64,000 nt of DNA from a virus. Position numbers and translations under genes: made by a program. The notes beneath the pieces were generated by a model. That model searched no databases, was not told the origin of the DNA, and saw only the letters and a list, made by a program, of their open reading frames with translations. The stretch lies in IMG/VR virus record IMGVR_UViG_3300033146_001994, positions 1 to 64,000 of that record; one strand, 5' to 3'. Shown here in pieces: positions 29,637 through 39,758 of this stretch; the stretch's first letter is position 1, and each line of letters opens with the position of its first letter.

Positions 29637-31106
29637 ATGAAACTAAGACCTTTTCAAATTACAACACCTAGGGACATATCAGGGCTAGTTAAAACTGAAA
29701 ATTTAGCTTATAACTTTGGTATAGTGCCTCAAAAAGCATCTAAAGTTGCACTTAAATTGCGTAGTGCAAATGTTGGTGATGACTTAAATGCCTATTTATC
29801 AAAATTTCCTGTAAAGAAATTTGAAACACAAGATGACTTTACTTGGGATATTGAAGCTGATGGAGATAAAAACATTCCATTGACAAAATGTTCATTAACT
29901 CCTTTAGGAAGTCAGGTACTACCTACTGACAAAGTTGGTGAGGGAATAACTCCTTTTTATCTATTCTTTCCTGAAAATTGGTTTTTTGAAACCAATGTAA
30001 TAGTTGGAGAAGCTTTAGAAGATTATCAAATTAGAATTTTAGAACCTGGACAGGCTGTAGCAGGAGGGTTAACTAGATATAAGTGTGAACTTGTAACTGG
30101 AGATGTCAATTTATTTATTCCTTTTGAAGAAGTAATGGCAGGTAAAAGATTCTCTAAAGACTTTTCTTTAGTAGAACAAGAACTTTCTGTAGATGGAGGT
30201 GGATTACACCACAGTTTTCCATATACTATGAAAGGTGCTTTCAGTATGATTAGAATGAAAACTGTTGTTCCTGGCAGTATGGTTAATAAATCTCGCCCTG
30301 TACAATTCTTTTGGAAAGATTCTAAAACAGGTAAAACTATAAGTTCATGGTTAGACAAGCTAACATATGACTTTGATATGCAGTTTCTTAAAGAGATTAA
30401 TTATCTTACCCAATATGCACGCTCAAATGAAGCTCCTGATGGTACTTATAAAAACAGAGGTACTTCTGGGAATATTATTAAGCAAGGTGATGGAATTAAA
30501 GCTCAAACACGTAAGTCTAACTATAGTACTTATAATGAATTTGATGTTAAAATTCTAAGTGACCATGTTTTAGCAATGTCTGTTGGTAAATATAAAATGG
30601 GTGAACGTGATGTTCTTTTAAACAGCGGTGAGTGGGGTCATAAACAATTCCATGAATCTGTAGAGAATGTTCCTGGAGCTACATTTGTAGCATCAAGAGA
30701 TACCCATAGAATCTATACCAATAAAGATGGTAATATGGGTTGGAGAGGACAATTTACTGAGTATTATGGTGCTAATGGAGTTAAGCTTACTAGTATTCCT
30801 GATATGACTAAGGATGACCCTGTTAGAAATAAAAGAAACCATCCTACTGAACAAGGACTTATTGAATCAAGAAACTATGATATTTATAATATGGGTACTT
30901 CATCAGGTGAAAATAACATTCAGAAAGTTCAACTTGCTACTGGAGGAGAGATTAGAAAATTTAGAGAGGGCTTAAGGTCTCCATTTAGTAAAGGTGAGGG
31001 TAGAATGGAAGTAGAAACAGATGGATGGGAAGAACATAGAGCATACATTGGTGGTGCAATGGTATTAGACCCTGAAGGAACTGGAGCTTATAATATTAAT
31101 TTTTAA
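29637..31106 (+). CDS. Major capsid protein (crAss-type)
   Basis: 489 aa; YKCELVTGD, FSMIRM, IIKQGDGIKAQ, SGEWG; synteny. Confidence 0.9.
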   Translation: MKLRPFQITTPRDISGLVKTENLAYNFGIVPQKASKVALKLRSANVGDDLNAYLSKFPVKKFETQDDFTWDIEADGDKNIPLTKCSLTPLGSQVLPTDKVGEGITPFYLFFPENWFFETNVIVGEALEDYQIRILEPGQAVAGGLTRYKCELVTGDVNLFIPFEEVMAGKRFSKDFSLVEQELSVDGGGLHHSFPYTMKGAFSMIRMKTVVPGSMVNKSRPVQFFWKDSKTGKTISSWLDKLTYDFDMQFLKEINYLTQYARSNEAPDGTYKNRGTSGNIIKQGDGIKAQTRKSNYSTYNEFDVKILSDHVLAMSVGKYKMGERDVLLNSGEWGHKQFHESVENVPGATFVASRDTHRIYTNKDGNMGWRGQFTEYYGANGVKLTSIPDMTKDDPVRNKRNHPTEQGLIESRNYDIYNMGTSSGENNIQKVQLATGGEIRKFREGLRSPFSKGEGRMEVETDGWEEHRAYIGGAMVLDPEGTGAYNINF

Positions 31107-31120
31107 TAAATATTTGTACA

Positions 31121-32044
31121 ATGACACAAAAAGTAGATAGTAAATTTAATCCCTTAGAAAATAGAGTTATTCTAGTAAAGCCTGTGATTAGGGCTACTAG
31201 GATAACTCCTAAAGGTCACAGTGGTAACTGGCTTTTTGACAATACTAGTATAGAATTTTGTACTAAATTGGATATAAATTCAGGTAACATGGTAGAACCT
31301 TTAAGTGCAAAAGAACGTGAGTTTTTTGAAAATCCTGAAAATAGAAATATTCATGGACTTGACTTTAACCCTGGAGATTTATCTGCAAATAAATTAAAAG
31401 ATAATTTTTGGAAAACATTTAAAGTTAAAATTATAAAAAAAGCTAAAGGTGCAATTCCTGAGGAAGCTACTTTAATGACATTGGATTTAAGTAAGCCTTA
31501 TGACTTTTTTAAATATAAAATTTTACTTACAAATGATTGTGAAAAAGGGTCTGTTGCACTTGGAATGGAAAATAAATTTTCTAGGGCTAGTAATAGAATT
31601 GTATTAGTTGAAAAAGATAATGAGAATATCGATACTATTAAAAAACTTGATATTTTAGAAACTGTAAATAAGTTTTTCTACTCAATTAATAGTTCTGCTG
31701 ACAATTTAAGAAATTTCTTAAGAGCCTATAATTTTACTTATAGAGCACACGTAGAAACTCCTGAGGATGCAGGATTAGATTGGTATAAAATTGAAGTACA
31801 GAAACTGATTAATTCTAATTTATCTAATGTTTATAAGTTAATTGTAGATAAAAGTTCATATAAAGATAAAATCTTTATTATTACAGCATTGAAAAATAAT
31901 CTTATAAAAATAGGTAAGTATAAAAACTTTGAAACTCAAGATGGTGTTGACTTAGGTAGAAATTTAGAAGAAGTTATTGTAAATATAAACTCAGATGAAT
32001 TTCAAGACCTGCTAATGTTGATTAAAACTAAAATATCTAAATGA
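31121..32044 (+). CDS. Conserved protein downstream of MCP
   Basis: NFWK, LDLSKPYDF..YKIL; synteny. Confidence 0.7.
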   Translation: MTQKVDSKFNPLENRVILVKPVIRATRITPKGHSGNWLFDNTSIEFCTKLDINSGNMVEPLSAKEREFFENPENRNIHGLDFNPGDLSANKLKDNFWKTFKVKIIKKAKGAIPEEATLMTLDLSKPYDFFKYKILLTNDCEKGSVALGMENKFSRASNRIVLVEKDNENIDTIKKLDILETVNKFFYSINSSADNLRNFLRAYNFTYRAHVETPEDAGLDWYKIEVQKLINSNLSNVYKLIVDKSSYKDKIFIITALKNNLIKIGKYKNFETQDGVDLGRNLEEVIVNINSDEFQDLLMLIKTKISK

Positions 32045-32700
32045 TAAAAGCCGACTTTATAACATCTGTTAAAAATAGTCTTTATTTGATGGGGAGTAAT
32101 GCTTCCCCATCATTTAAAGATGAATACATCTGTCAATATTTGGATAAAGCATACCATTCAGTAATTAATAGTATTATTGAAAGTGCTGATTTAACCTATA
32201 TTACCAACCTAATTGAAAGTAAAAGATTAAATATTACAGATTATACAGGCAAACAGAAAAACTTTACATTTGATGTAGGCAAAATATTTGCTATAGTATC
32301 AGGCTATGTATATACTAAATATAATGGAGGTACTCCAATAAAAAGACCTATCGAGGTATATTCAAATATATTTATAGATACATTGCTGGATAATTCTAAT
32401 TACTTATATTTTTCATCACCTAAGTTTATTTTGAATAGTAGGGATAATAATATTTCTATTATAATTGATAGTTATAGTGAGTTTACAACATATTCTTGCA
32501 CAGGTACTGCAATTCCAATAAGTTTTAAATATATAAAAATGCCTACTAAGTTTATAGATATGCAAAATAATGACACTCCTTTAATATCTGAAATAAAGCA
32601 TTTAGAAATTGCAGATAAAGCAGCAGAATTGATTGCAAATATATTAAGTCCACAAATGGCTCAATTTGAAATACATAATAATGATATAATTCCTAGATAA
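32041..32700 (+). CDS. Putative tail/neck ring protein
   Basis: SNASPSF..EYI..YLDKA, YIKMP, HLEIADKA. Confidence 0.6.
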   Translation: MIKADFITSVKNSLYLMGSNASPSFKDEYICQYLDKAYHSVINSIIESADLTYITNLIESKRLNITDYTGKQKNFTFDVGKIFAIVSGYVYTKYNGGTPIKRPIEVYSNIFIDTLLDNSNYLYFSSPKFILNSRDNNISIIIDSYSEFTTYSCTGTAIPISFKYIKMPTKFIDMQNNDTPLISEIKHLEIADKAAELIANILSPQMAQFEIHNNDIIPR

Positions 32701-33413
32701 TGAAAGTATTACAGATATATAGATTGTTAGAATTAAAAATACCTAATTATTCTAAGTTAATACTTAAGGGATTGCATTCAGATACTGTTGAAGAAGCCTT
32801 AAATACGGCTGCATTTGATGTATTTTCAAAGTTCTTTGAAGTGTTTGAACAGAATCAATACACTAAGTTTGGTATCTCTAATTTAATAATACATAATAAG
32901 TTAATGGATGTTGTAGAAAATACTGAATTACATCCATATCAATATGGTAAAATCTATAATACAAACGATGTATATTTTTCAATGAGTGAATTTATTGATA
33001 TAGCAGGAAAGGTTGTAAATATTATACCGATAAAGCATGATTATTATTTGACAAATATTAATAATAATATGCGTAAACCTGATATTAATTATCATTTTTG
33101 GAGATTAGATATTGGTACAACTGATAACAATAATGTAAGTAGAGAAATAATACTTGATAAAGATTATTTAAATAACGATGTTAGATATTATATAACATAT
33201 ATTAAACTACCATCTAAAATAGATTTGTCAAATATTAATTCATTTATTGATATTAATGATGAAATCCTAGTTAAAAATGTTATACCTTTAGCTATAAAAT
33301 ATATTTTAGAAAAATTTGTTATGGAAGATGCTATTACAGAACATAGGCAACAGGTTCAACAACCTCAACAACCTCAACAACAGATACAGCCACAACAACA
33401 ACAACAACAATAA
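32700..33413 (+). CDS. Putative ring protein with Gln-rich tail
   Basis: IPIKHDYY..NINN..RKP, WRLD, YIKLP; Q/P-rich C-terminus. Confidence 0.6.
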   Translation: MKVLQIYRLLELKIPNYSKLILKGLHSDTVEEALNTAAFDVFSKFFEVFEQNQYTKFGISNLIIHNKLMDVVENTELHPYQYGKIYNTNDVYFSMSEFIDIAGKVVNIIPIKHDYYLTNINNNMRKPDINYHFWRLDIGTTDNNNVSREIILDKDYLNNDVRYYITYIKLPSKIDLSNINSFIDINDEILVKNVIPLAIKYILEKFVMEDAITEHRQQVQQPQQPQQQIQPQQQQQQ

Positions 33414-33453
33414 TGATATTAATAATTATTTTATGAACTTAATACTTTAAAAA

Positions 33454-34683
33454 ATGAAATCACAAAAAAACAGTGCCCAACTATTTGTAGTAGCTGATAC
33501 TGTAAATTCAGGTAATGTAGATGCCATAGCAGATGATAAGCTTGGATTTGAATGTGTATTAGATAGTACAGGTACTAAAACTCCTGGAGAAGTGTTTACA
33601 GTAATTCCTGTACACAGTGCCTTTAAGGTAATAGTACCCAGAGCTAATGGTATTTCAGAGGTGTCAGATGCAGTTTATACAGACGATATTACTGAAATTT
33701 CTATTAATGATGCAGATGCTGTTGCTGATGTGCAACAAGTAGACTATTTAGGATATAATCCTATTTTAGGTAGTGGAAATATTGAAGCATTAACAGATAA
33801 TATCTTTACTTTGAATATAAAGATTATTGGTGATACAATGGCTTCTTTTGCTGCACAGACTACAATTGATGCTAGTTTTAAATCAGGTGCATCAACAACG
33901 CCTTATGCTATAGCATTGGGATTAGTTGAGATAGGAACAGGTAACCTAAAATATACCCCTAATGACATTGTGCCTATTAGATTTGACATAGTAGCTAAAC
34001 ATGCAGGAGTAGCACTAGGTACTGGTGTAGGAACTCTGAGATTTACAAAAGGTAGTAAATACTTCTCTGCATCAGACATAGATAATGCTACAACCAATGC
34101 TGCATTAGCAGTAGGAGATTTTATTAGATTAGGTACAACACTTTCTGATGGAGTTTACAAAATTGTAGAATTAAATGCTACTACTAATATTGGTAAATTA
34201 GATAGAGTTGCTTCTATTTCAAAAACAGGCACACAAACTTCATTTAAAAGAATAACTGCTGCCACGGCTGCTTCTACTTCATTTGGAATAAAAATTATAG
34301 GACTAGCTACAATAAGCTCTCCTGGGTATATTGATACTTATATTACTAGATTTTTTACAAGTATTAATGGATTTGGCACAACTACTGTTTCAAGAGAAGC
34401 TGTAGTAGCATATAAGTCTGCTAAAACTCCTGAAGTAATTGCACAACTAGAGGCTGAATTAGCAGGTGCAAACGGAGTAATTTATAGGGCAACTCCGCAA
34501 TATAATGGAAATAGAGTTTCTTATGTTGTTAATGGAGTGACATATGACACTGTACATATTTCATTCAATAAAGACTATAAGAATAGTTTTGGAGAAACTT
34601 TAAAAATTCCTGCCGAGATAATTATAGCTATTAACTCAACTAAAACCGCAGGGTTAAAGACAATATTAGCATCTATTGACTAA
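33454..34683 (+). CDS. Putative auxiliary capsid/structural protein
   Basis: 409 aa, A/T/G/S-rich; followed by a terminator. Confidence 0.6.
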   Translation: MKSQKNSAQLFVVADTVNSGNVDAIADDKLGFECVLDSTGTKTPGEVFTVIPVHSAFKVIVPRANGISEVSDAVYTDDITEISINDADAVADVQQVDYLGYNPILGSGNIEALTDNIFTLNIKIIGDTMASFAAQTTIDASFKSGASTTPYAIALGLVEIGTGNLKYTPNDIVPIRFDIVAKHAGVALGTGVGTLRFTKGSKYFSASDIDNATTNAALAVGDFIRLGTTLSDGVYKIVELNATTNIGKLDRVASISKTGTQTSFKRITAATAASTSFGIKIIGLATISSPGYIDTYITRFFTSINGFGTTTVSREAVVAYKSAKTPEVIAQLEAELAGANGVIYRATPQYNGNRVSYVVNGVTYDTVHISFNKDYKNSFGETLKIPAEIIIAINSTKTAGLKTILASID

Positions 34684-34717
34684 GTCTTAAACTTTAATTT
34701 ATTATATGTTGAAATTA

Positions 34718-34749
34718 AAGGTCTTTTATTAATTTAAAAGACCTTTTTT
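34718..34749 (+). terminator. Rho-independent terminator
   Basis: AAAGGTCTTTTA-loop-TAAAAGACCTTT followed by T run. Confidence 0.75.
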
Positions 34750-34751
34750 AT

Positions 34752-34759
34752 TATATTTG
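34752..34759 (+). promoter_or_regulatory. Bacteroidota-type -7 promoter element TAnnTTTG
   Basis: TATATTTG just after the terminator and before the gene at 34777; similar TAAATTTG at 50076-50083. Confidence 0.5.
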
Positions 34760-34776
34760 CAATAAAACATAAAAAA

Positions 34777-35478
34777 ATGGTTAATAGCTTATCTTCATTT
34801 ATATATAGCAATCTTGACAGTTTACCTCCAATTATAAAATTAATGGTTTTTCCATTTCTATTTATACTATTTTTCATTTTAAAACTTATTAAAGCTAAAA
34901 AGAAAAATAAAGTCATATTCTCCCTAATAAAAAAGATTATAAATAGAATAGTAAGACAGAATTTGGAATATCATAATGTATTTATAAGTTTAAATATAAA
35001 TATAAGTAAAATATCAAATATAGATTTAAAAAACAAGAATAAAACTAAAGTGTTTAAAATATTATTAAACACGCAGTTAGCAGAAATAAAAAAACTTTTA
35101 ATTGAAATTATGGGATTTAAGAACATTAAAAGTTTAAATTCAGAAAATTTATATTTAAAAATATGTAAAGCAATGCTTGCGCATAACTCTGCTTTTAAAA
35201 CACAAGTTAATGTTAAAATACATGCTAAATATCCCGACATTGATTCAAAAAAGCTAACATATTTAATAGCAGGTAATGCAAATAAAGAACTTACAATGAG
35301 TATGAATACTTTACTATTGTATGTGGAAAAGCTTGCAAACAGTACTATATATGATGATAATTATGAAAGAATTACAGCCTTTTTTGATATGGTAGATACA
35401 ATAATAACTGCTTTAATGTTGGATGCTGAAAATAATTTCACTAATTTTAATGGAAATTTTGATTCTTTTTTTAAATAA
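34777..35478 (+). CDS. Membrane-anchored hypothetical protein
   Basis: N-terminal TM segment followed by a basic patch. Confidence 0.6.
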   Translation: MVNSLSSFIYSNLDSLPPIIKLMVFPFLFILFFILKLIKAKKKNKVIFSLIKKIINRIVRQNLEYHNVFISLNINISKISNIDLKNKNKTKVFKILLNTQLAEIKKLLIEIMGFKNIKSLNSENLYLKICKAMLAHNSAFKTQVNVKIHAKYPDIDSKKLTYLIAGNANKELTMSMNTLLLYVEKLANSTIYDDNYERITAFFDMVDTIITALMLDAENNFTNFNGNFDSFFK

Positions 35479-35483
35479 AAGTT

Positions 35484-35753
35484 ATGAATTTTACAACATA
35501 TATATATAATTACTATTATTTTCTTACAAAGAAATTAGATAGAATGGTGGTATCATTGCAAACAGGCAGTCTAAATAAAAAAGACTTACATGATTATATT
35601 ATACATTCTAAGATATTACAAAAACTTGAATTGTTTATACCTGAAACTTCAGAACCACAACAATTTGATGTTGATACCTACATAAATATTCAAACAGAAT
35701 TAAATAAATACTTAGATATAAATTTACATTACTATGAGTTTACTTACAGTTAA
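35484..35753 (+). CDS. Hypothetical protein
   Basis: 89 aa ORF in tail module. Confidence 0.55.
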   Translation: MNFTTYIYNYYYFLTKKLDRMVVSLQTGSLNKKDLHDYIIHSKILQKLELFIPETSEPQQFDVDTYINIQTELNKYLDINLHYYEFTYS

Positions 35754-36261
35754 TAATAATCAAGACTATTCAAAGTTTAAAGTTGGCTATAGTACAGATA
35801 TACTTGGAGAGGTTGCTACATTAGTAATAACAATAACTACTACAGAACAGGAATACAAAGACAATTCTCCAAAAATAGTAACTTCTGAAATTCCCTTAAC
35901 TAGTGCCTTGTCTACAATAGATAACCCTGATGAAATTGTTATACCTGTTGAAGAATTGCCTGAAATCATTGATGGATTGTACTGTTTTACTGTATACATA
36001 CGAGATGAAAATGATAGTATAATTGATACAATCACTGCGAAATACATGATTATGTATAATGCAGAAGTAACTATAGGATTAGATTCAGTAAATTTGGCAC
36101 AGAGTTTAGATATTGGCAATCCTAATTATTTGCAAAAAGCTTTAGAAACTCTTTATCAAGAGGAATTATTAGTTGGAATACAACGAGGTAATGCTGTAGG
36201 ACTTATTCCTGAAACATTGCGTATACTTGAATACATAAAATATATACTTAAAAATAATTAA
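35734..36261 (+). CDS. Hypothetical structural protein (tail hub-like)
   Basis: 175 aa; IIDGLY motif; precedes the fibre gene. Confidence 0.55.
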   Translation: MSLLTVNNNQDYSKFKVGYSTDILGEVATLVITITTTEQEYKDNSPKIVTSEIPLTSALSTIDNPDEIVIPVEELPEIIDGLYCFTVYIRDENDSIIDTITAKYMIMYNAEVTIGLDSVNLAQSLDIGNPNYLQKALETLYQEELLVGIQRGNAVGLIPETLRILEYIKYILKNN

Positions 36262-36263
36262 TC

Positions 36264-39200
36264 ATGGATAAGGTAAATGATGGCTTTAAAGTAGGGAAAG
36301 AAGATATATATAATCCATTGAAAGGAGATTCTAGTGAGATTTCAGGTGTGTATGTAGTTAATATTGTAAAAGAGGATACAGAGTTAGTAGTTACATTTAG
36401 TAATGGTACTACAACTCATTTTGCTATAGGAGAAACTGGATTTTTAAATGTTAAAAATGTTACATATAATGAACATGATAACAGATTAGCTATTGTATAT
36501 TCAGATGATACTGAAACTATACTTCAGTTAAAAACATCCATTACAGGCTTAGCTGTAAATAATAAAAAGCTTTCTATAACCTACAGTGATGGTTCAACTA
36601 ACACTTTAAATATAGATGATTTACTCTCCTTTTCAGGCGATAATGATAGTATAGTTATTTTAAGGGATAATGTGTTAACAATATCTTCTTCTAAATTATC
36701 AGATTTTGTAAATAAAGAAGATGATAACGACTTTAATGGAGATAATACTTTTAATGGTAATTCATACTTAAGTAATTTAAAGTTTTTAGCTGATGACCCA
36801 CTAAGTAGCCCAATTCTCCACATATCTGACCTTACAGCAAAAGGTGATTCAGATACATCTACACTAATGACAAAACATGCAATCTTAAAATTATTTGGCA
36901 GTTTTACAGGAGGAGGTATAAATATAACAGGCAATGCTAATAACATTCCTGTAATAAACACAGATGGCGATGGATTAGTTGATTCTTTAATCAGTAAAGA
37001 TAATTTATTTCTATTAAATACTAAAGCCGATAGAGTTGTCACAGATGGTAATATACTATTTGATAATATAGATATTCAGATTAAAGAAAGTCTATCTGGT
37101 CAATTAGGAGCGTTACCAAAAGGTAATTTCTCATTATCAAACGGGATAAAAGTTAAATATATTTTAGATAATATTTCAAATACTTCTTTTGATAAAGATA
37201 AATCTTTAGTTACTGCACAAGGAGTTGAAAATTCAATAGCACAAGCACAGTTAAATAGCGTAACATTTACAAAAAGTGTAATTAGTGCATTACCTGATTA
37301 TCCTACAGGTGAGCCTGCATCACCCTCTCAAGGAGATAGATACATAATTAATATTGATGCCAACGAAACTTCAACATTAACAGGACAGACAATACCTAAA
37401 AATTCAATAATTGAATGGGAGGGTACAGGAACTGGATGGATTATTACACCTCCTGTCAATGCCCTATCCACATTAAATAGAGCAACTGGTACTTTTTGGA
37501 GAGTTGTCCAAGATTCAAATAATAGATTAGTCTGGGAAGACCCAAATTCAGGAGGAATATCATCACATGATGATGCTACAGATGTTAGAGATTCTGATGG
37601 AGTATCTATGGCAACTCCATCACAAGCAAGACATCTTAATTCACAGGAAACTGATTTATTATTAAAAGGTGGAACAGTTTCTACTGAACATACTCATGCA
37701 CCTGCAACTGCAACAAGACCAGGAAGTGTACCTGCATTACCTTTAGACAGTTCTAAATTTCTTAACGGTGAGGGTGAATTTGTCTCTATGGCAGATATTA
37801 ATAATGTAACTGACTTACAAGTAGAATTTGATACAGATACAACTTCTCCATTTAAGAAAGTCTCCCCATTGTCAAATGGAGTATCAGGATTTACAGTAGG
37901 AAATGTAACGACATTAAACTGTTCATGGATAGCAGACGTTACAACACGTAATTGGGTAATTACAGATATAACTTTTCCAAAAGAAGAATATACTACAAAA
38001 ATAACAATAACAAACAGCTATGGTGAGTATTTTCAATACATAGTAAGTACTAAAAATCCAGCACTTGGGGCAATTTCGTCTGTAATACTTTTAAATAAAG
38101 GTGTTGATGGTAAAAATTGTTCAATCAATGTTCAAGTCAGTACTGATGGAAAAACACACTCAATAGAAAGCAATCCAGGAAACACACATAGGGCATTACA
38201 TGAAGCATATGGAGACCCTAGATTTTATTGCCATATTGAATTAATTGGATACTCAGGTTATTCACTTGGGGATAAGATAACTATAATTCCTAGAGCAGAT
38301 GTAGGAATAAACGACCACATAACTCCAAATGTTTCAAATATTTTAGATGGAGCAGTTGGAGAAGCCAATTACGGATTAAATATTGGAGAAGCTGGAACAG
38401 GAATATATAAAGAGAAAACTAATTCAGTCTTAACCTTTAAAAAACTAAACTCGATATCTGAACATTTAACAATTAATGATTCAGAGGATGGGGAAATAGA
38501 ATTTAACTTTGACCCTAAAACTGACTTTAGTAAAACTGACTTCATAACTGCTGTTCAAGATGGTAATGATAAATATAAATTTAAAGCCGTAAATTTTAAC
38601 AGACAATTAAGTCAGCATACAATTATCTATTTACATTTTCCTGACGAAATGGATGCTGATTTAGACAATGCTAACATTTTACTAAGTATTGATGAGGGAG
38701 AACACTATGTTCCTATTATGGATAGTGCAGGAGAAACAATTAAACTTGTTAACGCATTTAAAAGGGGTCTTAAAATAGCCTTAATGTATGAGGAGGATTC
38801 AGATACAGAAGCAGAGGGTTGGTATCCATTATTTTCAGATTTAGATTTTATCAGATTAGCAGGTGAGGGTTGGAACGGAGAAACTATCCTAGATAATTAC
38901 TCAAAAAATCAAGTTCAAGATGATACTATAACAAATATATTATCTGCATTAGCGTCAGGTGGAGAGATTGTTTCAGAAATAGTTGCTATTAATGGGGTTA
39001 TTACTGCTCCTGTAGAGAAGACTAAAATTGACTTTGAGGTTGATATTCCATCAAACAACACAAGCTATTTAGATGTAGATGCAAGTAATGATATTTTATT
39101 AGAAAGTGAAAATCCCGCAGGATATCAAATAATTGGAAATTTTACAGTAAAAGGAACTCAACTTGATTCATCTGTATCAAGTAAGGTAAGATTTAAGTTA

Positions 39201-39758
39201 TATAATGGAGATGACCCAATAGATACGTTCAATATCGTTGTTTTAAAAGGTGAAGTAAAAAGTGTTTCTAAAAGTTTCTTTCACACTGTAGCTGTAGGAA
39301 ATGCTCCTGAAACATTAACAGTTACAGCAGAGGTGCTTAGGCACAGTATTGAAATAGAAGAAGCAAGCCTACAAGCAATAACGAGATTTACTATTGGAGG
39401 AAGTAGTGTTGATGGCATTATCACACGTAACTATATTCATCCTGTTGTTGATACTGGTAATTTAGAATTAGATTTTGCAGGTAGAAATGAAGTGTACGCA
39501 ACTAAAGATGGTGGAGGTGCTATTGTTATCAATGAAGATGTTGAAATAGCTTACACTAATTATCCAAAGTTTGATACTGCTTATATAGTAATTGAAGTAC
39601 AGACTGAAACAAGAACAATTACATTTCCTGAAAATCATAAGTCTGGTGACTTTAGATGGGAGAATTTAGTTTTAACTTTAGATGTAGGATTTTATCAGTT
39701 AACAATAAGTAATAATGGTGCATATTACAGTGTATTATGCTCACAACCTGAATTATAA
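36264..39758 (+). CDS. Tail fibre-like protein
   Basis: 1164 aa mosaic; PSQGDRYI, NIGEAGTGIYKEK...FKKL fibre-like modules. Confidence 0.7.
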   Translation: MDKVNDGFKVGKEDIYNPLKGDSSEISGVYVVNIVKEDTELVVTFSNGTTTHFAIGETGFLNVKNVTYNEHDNRLAIVYSDDTETILQLKTSITGLAVNNKKLSITYSDGSTNTLNIDDLLSFSGDNDSIVILRDNVLTISSSKLSDFVNKEDDNDFNGDNTFNGNSYLSNLKFLADDPLSSPILHISDLTAKGDSDTSTLMTKHAILKLFGSFTGGGINITGNANNIPVINTDGDGLVDSLISKDNLFLLNTKADRVVTDGNILFDNIDIQIKESLSGQLGALPKGNFSLSNGIKVKYILDNISNTSFDKDKSLVTAQGVENSIAQAQLNSVTFTKSVISALPDYPTGEPASPSQGDRYIINIDANETSTLTGQTIPKNSIIEWEGTGTGWIITPPVNALSTLNRATGTFWRVVQDSNNRLVWEDPNSGGISSHDDATDVRDSDGVSMATPSQARHLNSQETDLLLKGGTVSTEHTHAPATATRPGSVPALPLDSSKFLNGEGEFVSMADINNVTDLQVEFDTDTTSPFKKVSPLSNGVSGFTVGNVTTLNCSWIADVTTRNWVITDITFPKEEYTTKITITNSYGEYFQYIVSTKNPALGAISSVILLNKGVDGKNCSINVQVSTDGKTHSIESNPGNTHRALHEAYGDPRFYCHIELIGYSGYSLGDKITIIPRADVGINDHITPNVSNILDGAVGEANYGLNIGEAGTGIYKEKTNSVLTFKKLNSISEHLTINDSEDGEIEFNFDPKTDFSKTDFITAVQDGNDKYKFKAVNFNRQLSQHTIIYLHFPDEMDADLDNANILLSIDEGEHYVPIMDSAGETIKLVNAFKRGLKIALMYEEDSDTEAEGWYPLFSDLDFIRLAGEGWNGETILDNYSKNQVQDDTITNILSALASGGEIVSEIVAINGVITAPVEKTKIDFEVDIPSNNTSYLDVDASNDILLESENPAGYQIIGNFTVKGTQLDSSVSSKVRFKLYNGDDPIDTFNIVVLKGEVKSVSKSFFHTVAVGNAPETLTVTAEVLRHSIEIEEASLQAITRFTIGGSSVDGIITRNYIHPVVDTGNLELDFAGRNEVYATKDGGGAIVINEDVEIAYTNYPKFDTAYIVIEVQTETRTITFPENHKSGDFRWENLVLTLDVGFYQLTISNNGAYYSVLCSQPEL

